A DNA stretch of 64,000 nt from Octopus sinensis (taxonomy: Eukaryota): contig NC_042997.1 of the NCBI RefSeq assembly GCF_006345805.1, forward strand, positions 183,954,001 to 184,018,000, written 5' to 3'. Of the stretch, positions 35,301 to 47,300 are shown piece after piece (the first letter of the stretch is position 1; every line of letters begins with the position of its first letter). Under the pieces are notes generated by a model that saw only the letters and a list, made by a program, of their open reading frames with translations, had not been told where the DNA came from and made no database searches. The translations under genes and the position numbers were made by a program.

Positions 35301-38300
35301 ATATTTGTACTTCTTTGATATTTGTATACTGTTTGAGAATGGGTGTGGGTAGAGAAAATTTTAGGGAAAGTGGAAGAATGAGGTGCTGTACAGTACAACC
35401 AAGAGAATACCCACCATCAGGCATCTGCCATCTGCCATATTCTGAACACCTTACTTCCCTGGGCATGGACACATTGAAACTCCGACGTCTGGCAGCTGAC
35501 TTGGCAGACACCCATAAAATTATCAACCATCGTACAAACAATAACTCTGAGCACCTTTTCAAACTCCATCTATCTAACACCCGTGGACATATTTACAAAG
35601 TCAGAAAACAGCACAGCTCCCATGACTTTTGGAAACATTTTTTCACGCTAAGAGTTGCTGAAGCATGGAACAAACTGCCGGCATCAGTTGTTAATTGTCG
35701 GAGCTCTGCATTCTTCAAAACTTCCATGCTTCCTGAGATTCGCCAACACTACACCTGATTTTCTCCCCTCCATACACACGCAAGCATGTAAGTGACTCAT
35801 ACACTGTTCACTTTCCAGTCATTTGTACATTACTGCATATGCTTTATACACACTTTTTGACAAGTTGTGCACCTGAGCACTATATACAATAATTTCATTA
35901 TTATTATAGCTCTCTCTCTCTCTCTTCCTTCCCCCCTCTCTCTTTCCTCATGCTTCCACCTGATAACCCCCCCCCCCCCCAATCCCTAACCCTTTATAAA
36001 GCAGTGTTCGATTTATCTCGTCCTTCTTCTCGATTCTACATCTTGCTGACAAAACACTGACTCGAAAAATGACCAGCTAAGCGAATTTAACTTACAACCT
36101 GTCATTCATATTCATTTTTTAAGCGTTGATTCGTAACCCTAAATCCCGTTTCTCTATTATTTGTTTCGCCATCTTGTATGCATGGCTTCCTGTCTGTCAT
36201 GCATTTTAAATTCCTCCTTTAATTTCAGTGTCATCCCGTTGTTATTCCATCCCCAGAATTCACTACAATATTCTACCTCTCTCCTATTTATATTATGTTT
36301 TAATCGAACCCCGAAGTTTCTAGATGTTCAGTAATTTCTGTCGCAGAAAATTCCCTACGTATTAACTTAAAACCTGTTGTTCCTTGGAGGTGACCCCGCC
36401 CTCCCACCCATCTACCAGAACCGGAAGTTTCTGTTTTCTATCTTTCAGGTGACCCCGCCCTCCCACCCCTCTACCAGAACCGGAAGTTTCTGTTTTCTAT
36501 CTTTCTTGACCCCCCCCGCACCCCTATGTAGGGTTTATTGTGATCATATAGCGCAAAAACTTTGAAATTTATGCAGGTTGTAGTCTAGAGTCTCAGTATG
36601 ATATCTGGCAAATGCAAGCTTTCTTTTCAGGTACAGAACACTGCGGCCCCTCATCCCAGGGTCTCAGAGGCCCACACCTCCCACACCCTCAGGGTAGGCA
36701 CCCTCAACGTTGGCACATTGAAAGGTAGGTCTGGCGAGATAGTCGAGATGCTTGAACGGAGACGTGTTGATGTATGTTGTATGCAAGAAATAAGGTGGAG
36801 AGGAGGATCTGCTAGGGTCCTCACAGGCAAGGGACACAGGTACAAGATTTTCTGGGCAGGGAACACTGACGGGGTTGGTGGCGTGGGTATAATTATCGCT
36901 GAGAAATGGATAGATAGAGTAATTGAGGTAATCAGAGTAAGTGACAGAATACTTAAGATTAGAATAGTGCTTCATAATAGATTAGCAACCATTATATCGG
37001 CCTATGCCCCTCAGCCAGGGCTACCCGATGGACAGAAAGACAGTTTCTATGACACCCTACTGCAGACCACCTCATCGACGAACGACAGGGACCTTCTCTT
37101 TGTGGCTGGTGATTTCAATGGGCATGTTGGACGACATGCTGGGGGCTTCCATGGCGTACATGGAGGCTACGGTTATGGTTCCCGCAACGAGGAGGGAACC
37201 AGGCTGCTGGAGTTCTGCGATGCGAATAGTCTTATGGTCTGCAACACTAACTTCAGGAAACCAACAAGCCACCTGGTCACCTACCGATCGGGCCGGCATA
37301 CTAGCCAAATCGACTACATCCTTGCCAGAAAAAGGGAAAGATGGCTGCTTAAAAATGCCAAAACCTTCCCAGGCGAAGAATGCACCCCACAACATAGACT
37401 GGTAGTTAGTGACTTTAGGATCAGGACTAAGAGGGCGACTAGAAGACGACCAACATGGAGAAGAAGGGTCTGGAAGCTTAAAGCCCCTGCGAATGGACAG
37501 AGATTTAGAGATATGTTACTTGAAGCCTTGACGAAGTGGAAGGGGGTATAGCTACACATGGGGTAGAAGACAACTGGACGTTTCTGAGGGACAACCTGCT
37601 GAAAGCCGCTGACCAGATCTGTGGCTGGTGCAAAGTCCCCTTAAGACCCAAAATAACGTGGTGGTGGAACAATATTGTTGACAGGGCTATTAGACAAAAG
37701 AAACAGGCTTGGAAGGCCTGGAAGAACGGTGGTAGCAGGGAAGGGTATCAGACTGCCAGAAGGGAAGCTAGGAGACAGGTCTATCTAGCCAGAGGGGAAG
37801 CAGATAAGAGAAAATTTGCCAATGTCCTGCGCCGTGAGGATGAAAGACTTGAGGTATTTCGTGTTGCAAGACAGTGTGTGAGAGAGAATCGTGATGTGGT
37901 AGGAGAGAAATGTGTTCGCATGGAGGATGGTTCACTTGCGCTAAATGAGGATGCAAAGAGAGAAGCTTGGAGACGCCACTATGAAAGGTTACTGAATGAG
38001 GAAAATGAATGGGATAAAGAGAGTCTGCCGAATGTTGACCCTACAGAGGGACCAGCTATCCGAGTTGATAGTTCCGTGGTAGCTAAGGCAATTAGAAGCA
38101 TGAAGACAGGGAAAGCCCCAGGCCCATCAGGAATTACTGCAGAGATGCTCAAAATATCTGGCAGTGTCGGCTATAACCTAGTCACCCGTATAGTCAACCA
38201 GGTGATACACGAAGGAGTCATACCCAATGACTGGTGCAGCAGCATACTAGTCAACTGCTACAAAGGTAAAGGTGATGCCCTAGATACAAATAATTACAGA

Positions 38301-41300
38301 GGTATCAAGCTGTTGGATCAAGTAATGAAGGTTACGGAGAGGGTCATAGCCCAACTAATTAGAGAGAGAGTTAGTTTAGATGAGATGCAGTTTGGGTTCG
38401 TGCCAGGAAAAAGTACCACTGATGCTATATTCCTGGTAAGGCAGCTGCAGGAGAAATACCTAGCCAAAGATAAGCCCCTGTACCTAGCTTTCGTTGACAT
38501 GGAGAAAGCTTTTGATAGGGTCCCCCGATCCCTTATCTGGTGGTCAATGAGGAAACTAGGGATAGATGAATGGCTGGTGAGGACTGTGCAAGCCATGTAC
38601 AGAGATGCCGTAAGTAAGGTTAGGGTTGGCAACATGTACACAGAAGAATTCAAAGTAGAGGTTGGGGTCCACCAGGGTTCAGTACTCAGCCCCCTCCTAT
38701 TTATCATAGTACTCCAGGCAATTACGGAGGAATTCAAGACAGGCTGTCCCTGGGAGCTCCTCTACGCTGACGACCTTGCTCTTATTGCTGAGTCACTATC
38801 AGAACTGGAGGAGAAGTTCCAGGTGTGGAAGGAGGGTTTAGAATCAAGGGGCCTTAGAGTCAACCTAGCTAAAACCAAAGTACTAATAAGTAGAAAGGTA
38901 GACAATCCACAAATATCTTCAGGAAGATGGCCCTGCTCGATCTGTAGAAAAGGTGTAGGTAGAAACTCTATAAGATGTACCCAGTGTAAGCTATGGACAC
39001 ATAAGAGGTGCAGCAATGTCAAAGGTAGGCTAACTGGGAAGATAGTTTTTGTATGTGGCAGATGCTCGGGAGCATTAACCTCCGAAAATCTGCAGAAAAC
39101 AACTTCCGTCACTTTCCAGGGGGAAAAACTAGAAGTAGTTGATAGCTTCCGTTATCTAGGTGACCAAGTCAGTAGTGGGGGTGGGTGCGCTGAAAGTGTA
39201 ACTGCTAGAATAAGAATAGCCTGGGCAAAGTTTAGGGAGCTCTTACCTCTGCTGGTGACTAAAGGCCTCTCGCTCAGAGTAAAAGGCAGACTGTATGATG
39301 CGTGTGTACGAACAGCCATGCTACATGGCAGCGAAACATGGGCTGTGACTGCTGAGGACATGCGTAAGCTCGTGAGGAATGAAGCCAGTATGCTCCGATG
39401 GATGTGTAATGTCAGTGTACATACTCGACAGAGCGTTAGCACCTTGAGAGAAATGTTGTACCTAAGAAGCATCAGTTGTGGTGTGCAAGAGAGACGATTG
39501 CGCTGGTATGGTCATGTGGCGAGAATGGATGAAGATAGGTGTGTGAGAAAGTGCCAATCCCTAGCAGTTGAGGGAACCCGTGGAAGAGGTAGACCCAGGA
39601 AAACCTGGGACGAGGTGGTGAAGCACGACCTTCGAACTTTAGGCCTCACTGAGGAAATGACCAGAGACCGAGACCTTTGGAAATATTCTGTACGTGAGAA
39701 GACCAGGCAGGACAAGTGAGCCCAGCCCACTTATGAATGCCTTTCCTCCCTTGGACACAAAGACCGGTTGAGGCAAGCGAAGTCGATATAGAACCTCATC
39801 CGACGACAGACACCCATCCCAACCCCCCATGCTTGCGAAGACATGTTGGGGCAAGCGAAATCGAAATCGAAACCGAATTGAACCAGCCAGGATCCCTGGC
39901 CTGGTGGTACGTAAAAAGCACTATCCGACTCGGGGCCGTGGCACGTAAAATACTCCAATGCGACCGTACGACAGGCACCCATGCCAACCCCCTTTGCTTG
40001 TGAAGACATGTTGGGGCAAGCGAAATCGAAATCGAATTGAACCAGCCAGGATCCCTGGTCTGGTGGTACGTAAAGCACTATCCGACTCGTGGCCGTGGCA
40101 CGTAAAATACTCCAATGCGACCGTACGACAGGCACCCTTGCCAACCCCCTTTGCTTGTGAAGACATGTTGGGGCAAGCGAAATCGAAATCGAATTGAACC
40201 AGCCAGTATCCCTGGTCTGGTGGTACGTAAAGCACTATCCGACTCGTGGCCGTGGCACGTAAAATACTCCAATGCGACCGTACGACAGGCACCCTTGCCA
40301 ACCCCCTTTGCTTGTGAAGACATGTTGGGGCAAGCGAAATCGAAATCGAATTGAACAGCCAGGATCCCTGGTTGGTGGTACGTAAAAAGCACTATCCGAC
40401 TCGTGGCCGATGCCAGCACCGCCTCGACTGGCTTCCGTGCCGGTGGCACATAAAATACACCAATCTGACCGTGGCCGTTGCCAGCCCCGCCTGCACCTGT
40501 GCAGGTGGCACGTAAAAAGCACCACTACACTCACGGAGTGGTTGGCGTTAGGAAGGGCATCCAGCTGTAGAAACATTGCCAAATTAGACTGGAGCCTGGT
40601 GCAGCCTTCTGGCTTCCCAGAACCCCGGTCGAACCGTCCAACCCATGCTAGCATGGAGAACGGACGTTAAACGACGATGATGATGATGATGATTATAATT
40701 TATAAGACAGACTGTTTGGACAAGGTTGTATCTAACATACAAGAGGAAAGAGCAAGCAAATATATAAATATGCAACCAAACGCATACCCTCCATCAGACA
40801 CCTACCATACTCTGAGCGCCTTGTTTCCCTGGGCATGGATTCACTGAAGCTCCGGCGTCTGGCGATGGACTTGGTAAACACCCACAAAGTTATCAACCAC
40901 CTCACCAACAACAACACTGAACACCTTTTTGATCTCCATGTGTCCAACACACGTGGACATGCCTACAAAGTCAGAAAACACAGCTCCCATGACTTTCGGA
41001 AACATTTTTTCACGCTCAGAGTTGCTGAAGCATGGAACAAACTGCCTGCGTCAGTTGTTGACTGCCATGACACTGCATCCTTTAAGGCCCTCATGCTTTC
41101 TGAAATCCGCCGAAACTACACCTGATTGTTCCCCTTCCATACCCATACACATACGTGTATGTCATGACTCATGCACTGTTCTTTTCTTGATGCTTGTACA
41201 TTACCCTATGTACTAAACATACACTTTAGATGAGTTGTAGTGCACCTGAGCACTGTACACAATGTTTTATTATTATTACCATTATTATAACCTGCATATG

Positions 41301-44300
41301 ATGAGAATGGATGTGAAATTGGTTGATTTCAGGTGATTGATATAAAGTATGCAGAACAAAAGTAGATTGTTTAAAATGTAGAACACTGCTATAAAATTTG
41401 ATGTTAGGAAATTGGAATGAATTGCAAAGGTGTGATATAAAGATAACTAAAAGATAAGCAATAATGGATTAACCTTGTTTTTACCTTTCTAGATGATTAA
41501 CCTTGTTTTTACCTTTCTGTTTACAATATGTTTCAATCAATATGTTCTCTAATTGCCTTCAAGTAGACAGCAAACATATCCATAATGCCAAAGTTCCATA
41601 GGAGATACATTTTCAAAGAAATATAAACTTATTTCAGAGAGAATAGCTATATTAAACTGGAGTTTTAACTGGGCCTGCATTTTAGCTGCATCTGTTGTTC
41701 TTTTTTACAGTAACTTTATCCAGCATATTTTAGAGTTTCTATTTTCATACAATAAACATTCATATGCCCACGGGCATATGGCATAGTGGTTAAGAGTGCG
41801 GGCTACTAACCCCAAGATTCCGAGTTCGATTCCAGGCAGTGACCGGAATAATAATAATAATAATGACGCCGACACCAACGCTGCCACCGCCAATGACGAC
41901 GAAGATGATGACGTTCAGGGACCTTTTGAGTAGGATGGGTTACTCGACCAGAAGAAATTCTAACTGGGCCCCGCCTGCAAGGTCATGCACTGTTTATCTT
42001 GATATGAGATCACCATGTCGCGCACATATGATTGTGATGCATGTGCCTGGTGTACCCTTATCAGACGGGTAGTCACGATGGGTATACTGGGTTTCGTATA
42101 TTTTACTCCAGTGTCACTGCTCTCTCACTCAATAATAATAACATCGAAAAATACCGTAAGAATGAGAACCCATGTTCGAAATTTCCCCAAGACACCTGAT
42201 GAAGGCTGGAGGGTATATCAGTTGAAATGTTAACAACAAATAAGATGAGGACAAATATCTGTCAAATGTAAATAATGTAAATATTCTTTCGTTTTAAATT
42301 GTCGTTTCTCCTCCTATCAGGAGTTTCTGGTGTTCTTCCATTTAGATTGTTAGGTGTCATCCTGTTGCAACGGGATCGAACCTAAGACCACTTTGTTGTG
42401 AAATAAACTTCTTAACTACGTAATCATGTCTGGTTACATATGATTTAGATTCTGACTTTTTACAGTAGAGTAGATTCACAGTAGTTGAATGAATTGGATG
42501 ATTTACCAATTGAAATGAAAGGTAGCTAGGAACACATGCTGAGGTCTAGTCAGTGTTTATTACAATACATGGAATCTTCTATAAGTATTTCTTCGACTCA
42601 ACCATTTCTTGAATTGGCTTTATTCTAGTTAGTGAATTGTGGAATAGTGTTATTTTTGAATACTGACTCTGTATAATTTTTCACTAAGTTTCGATCGTTT
42701 GAGCTTTTATGAAGTTCATGTTGGATGACTGCCCTATTGGTGCTTATTTTAATGAATCTGATCAGAAAGCAGACTACGCCTTTTTTACGAAGGGACATAA
42801 CTCAATGACTCACTACCACAAGTTATTTTTCTTCGATGCACTAATCTACACTTACATATATTTATACCTACATGACTGGCATTATGCACAAGTTTCGACT
42901 AGCAAATTTCATTCACACGATAATTATCAAGTGAGGCCATGGTAGAAGATACATGCAGCGGGATCGAACGTAAAAGCACTTCTCAGCTGCACAACCATGT
43001 CTCTCTTTTACTCTTTACTCTTTTACTTATTTCTGTCATTTGACTGTGGCCATGCTGGAGCACCATTTTTAGTCGAGCAAATCGACCCAGGACTTATTCT
43101 TTGTAAGCCTAGTACTTATTCTATCGGTCTATTTTGCCAAACCGCTAAGTTACGGGGACGTAAACACACCAGCATCGGTACAAACATATACACACACACA
43201 CACACATAATATATATATATCATCATCATCATCATCATCATTTAGCGTCCGTTCTCCATGCTAGCATGGGTTGGACGGTTCAACTGGGGTCTGTGAAGCT
43301 GGAAGGCTTCATCAGGCCCAGTCAGATCTGGCAGTGTTTCTACGGCTGGATGCCCTTCCTAACGCCAACCACTCCGTGAGTGTAGTGGGTGCTTTTTACA
43401 CACACACACACACACATATATACGACTGGCTTTTTTCAGTTTCCATCAACCAAATCCACTCACAAGGCTTTTTTGTTGGCCTGATGCTATAGTAGAAGAC
43501 ACTTGCACAAGTGCAGTGGGACTGAACCCGGAACCAAGTGGTTTGTAAGCAAGCTACTTACCACACAGCCACTCCTACGCCTATGTTTAATAATAAATTA
43601 TAGTTTGCTTTAAAACATTGGGTTGTTGCAAATGGAATAGATTTATTTTATACTAGCAGTATCGCCCGGTGTTGCTCGGGTTTGTTTTGACCCTTTAGAA
43701 TTGGAATTTTTGAAAAGTAAAAATTTTGCATTATGTAGCTTGTTATTCTCTTTAAGTGAACATTTTTCTGGTTGAAATACACTGAAAAATAGTGACACAG
43801 CAGTAAAAAACATCGTAAAAAATAGGGATTTTCATAGAAAAAAAGCACCTTTTTGATGTAAATAATTTTTAGTGTTAACATGGTCTGATTTGAATGTTTT
43901 TCTTCTACGGAATGAAGAGCAAGCCTTCTTCTATCATACTCTCAATTTTGGTCAACTTGCGCTGCAGGGTCTCAGAGGAGATAGTGTTAGTTGAAGGCTG
44001 CCAAACCTGCCATACACAGACAACTTCAGCTTTATATATAGAGAGATTTGTATTGTACATAATTGGACTTCTACCAAATTTTGTTTCAACAAAGTTAAAA
44101 AAGAAAGGTCAGTCTTCTCCAGCTAGTAAGACCAGTGATGTTCAGTTTGAACTTCAGTGTGTGGATGACTGCAGAAAAAAATTGATTGGGAGGGAAGAAA
44201 TTCTAAAGATCTGTTGATCTGAGGAGGAAGAAATTTTTAAAAATTGTTAAATGTGGAAAGTGGGAGGTGAAACACTGGAGGTTGTCCTAGAAGCTGTAGA

Positions 44301-47300
44301 AAAGACAAAGAAGGAATGCATTTATAACCCAGTGGTTGTAGTGTGTTAGTAACTGTTTATTAATTTGTTGGACATCATTTTTGATGCAGTCTAGAATTCT
44401 TCTGAGCATAGCAGCAACAGCACAATCTCAAATATCTGAGCAGTTCTTCAACATGGGTTTTTCATGAGTTTTATAAAAACTTCTTTGAGCAACATATCTA
44501 ACTTATTGTTTTATACATATGTATATATTATATAATATTTTACGTATATTATATAATATAAAAAATAAATGTGCCCTTTGTTTTAAAAGCCTAGCCAGGC
44601 TCATGGGCCCGGTTTCCCGGTTTCAATGGTGTATGTGTTCCCCAGCTGTATGAAATGTCAGTCCATCACAGCGTTACTCATTTTTGCCAGCTGAGTGGAC
44701 TGGAGCAACGTGAAATGAAGTGTTTTGCTCAAGAACACAATGTGTCGCCCATTCCAGGAATTGAAACCACAATCTTACGATCATAATGCTGACATCCTAA
44801 CCACTAAGCTACACGCCTCCACATGTATATTATATATAACATATAATATATACATATATGTATCACGTGATCACGTGACCGACCAGGCTATCAGATGTTG
44901 TTACACATCGCTGGTCACAATGCGCTTCGCATTGTTTTAGCCTTCAAATGACGCCACCCCGCTGGCTAAGTGAGCAGGCCAACAGAAGAAAGAGTGAGAG
45001 AAAGTTGCAGCGAAAGAGTACACCAGGGATCGCCACCAGCCCCTGCTGGAGCCTCGTGGAGCTATACGTGTTTTCGCTCAATAAACACTCACAACGTCCG
45101 GTCTGGGAATCGAAACCGTGATCCTACGACCGCGATTCCACTGCCCTAACCACTGGGCCATTGCGCCTCCACTCATTTGTATATATTATATGTGAATGTC
45201 ATGAGAATGAAAAAGGTATCTACCAGTTCAAGCTAATGCTTTCTTTTATGAGTAATTTTAACCCTTTAGCATTCAGATTACAATGTCAAATGTAATGTTT
45301 ATTTTTTTCATGTTGTTTTGAAATAATCTTGCATTATCTTGTAGATTTCAATGATGTGATTGTTTATTTTTAGAATGACATTGTAGAGTAGGTGTGAGAG
45401 GCTGGATCTGGTCAGTTTGAACATAAAACAGGTAGAATATTTGGGCCAGATATCACTAGTTTAAATGCTAAATGGTTAACCTAATAAATAAATTGTTTGA
45501 TTCTTTTTTCAGCTAACTATAGAAAAGTCAGTATAAAATATAAGGAAACAATATTGATTTTTACTTAACAATTTTTTCTTTCAAATTCAGGTATCCAATA
45601 TACAAAATAAATTGAATATATCAGAAAACCAGATCCAAATATTTAATCATTCTTTGTCAAATAAACAAGCAGAGCTTGACATCACAATCAATGAAAGTAA
45701 GGTGAGATTGTGGAAACTTCTATTGTTTATATATTCAGCTTGTTTATAAATTCACCTAATCTTAAACTATTAGTGATATTTTAAAATAATAGAATATCAT
45801 GATTATCAAATACATAGTATTTTAAATAAATATATCTCAAATAGATGAAAACTGTCTAAGAACATTGAATCTATTTTCTCAATTTCATTTTTTTTTTATT
45901 TCTAGAAAATTCAAGATGATCTCGCAAACGCTCAGGAAACACTCAACTCTCAAAATACTTTCTTGCAAGACAATCAGGAAATAATGAAGAACTTAAAGGA
46001 GTTTTGTTTAAGGTTATTTCCAAGAAAATATTTTGTATTATCTGTGTGGGTGCAAATGTTCATAATTGGTTATATAACAGTAAAATGAAAGTAGATTAAT
46101 CATTAGAATGTCACTTAGTATTCCATTGTAATCATCACTATGATTACCCATCACTACCACACCACCAGCACCACCACTACCACCTTTGATAAGAGGTAGT
46201 CCTTATTTGTCTGACCTCTAACCTTTGACCTGTCCCACATGGGAGGAGGCCTTACCAGGAGCTTGTGCTTTGCTGGCATAGCTCTCGGGGTCATTGAGAC
46301 ACACAAGCCATCACACTGCAACAAGGACTGGACCTTGTGATGGAGGTCTAGTATGTAACTTGTTCTTATTTTACCAACTTCTGAGGAAGGGAAAAGAAAG
46401 TCGATTCTTGAGGATTGGAATCAAGAATATAAGAATAAGAAATTAAATATCAATTTTTAACTTCATATAAAATCACACCTTTTTTATTGGTGGTGGAGAA
46501 AGAGAATAGTTGATTAGATCAATTCCAGAAAGATGAAGCTAAAGATGACCATGGCTAGATTTGAACTCAGGGTGTAAAGAGACTAAATACTGCAAAATAT
46601 TTTTGGCCATTACTCTATCACTCCGTTGATACCTCACAATCCATTAAATACTTGAAGGCATTTTCTCCACCACCCTTGGTCTGTGTCAAATTAAGTTCAG
46701 AGAGCTCTTACCTATGTTGGTAACAAAGGGCCTCTCCCTCTGAGTAAAAGGCAGATTGTATGATGCCTGTATGCAAACAGCCATGCTACACACCAGTGAA
46801 ACATAGCCTGTGACTGCTGAGGATATGCGAAGGCTTGAAAGAGATGAAGATAGTATGCTTTGCTGGATGTACAATGTCAGTGTGCATGCATGACAGAGTG
46901 TAAGTGTCCCGAGAGAAAAGTTAGGCATAAGAGGCATCAGGTGTGGTGTGCAAGAGAGTCGACTGTGCTGGTATGGTCATGTAATGCGTATGAACGAGGA
47001 CAGCTGTCTCATGAAGTGCTGATCTCTAATGGTGGAGAGAACCTGTGGAAGAGGTAGACCCAGGAAGATGTGGGACAAGATGGTGAAGTATGTATGATCT
47101 TTGAATGTTGTGCCTCATGAAGGCACATGTGACTAGTGACTGCGACCTTCATCAATATACCGTGATTGAGAAGACCCATCAAGCCAAATGAAATTGTAGT
47201 CATGGCCAATGTCAGTGTTGTGTAACTGGCACTCATAATGGTGGCATGTAAAAAGCACCTTTCAAACTTTGGGCCTCATGGAGGTAGTGACAAGTGACCG

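Noticed and set aside
35180-35758. 192-aa ORF as a single protein or CCHCR1-CR1 fusion
   Set aside because: Chance in-frame read-through of a CCHCR1 exon, intron and CR1 fragment; a donor at 35279 is in phase with the next exon
39731-40654. Overlapping ORFs with repeated peptides
   Set aside because: Products of the 157-bp tandem repeat; no coding signature
41766-41845. tRNA gene
   Set aside because: A/B boxes present, but the acceptor stem does not close and it continues into SINE body; the same holds for other SINE heads
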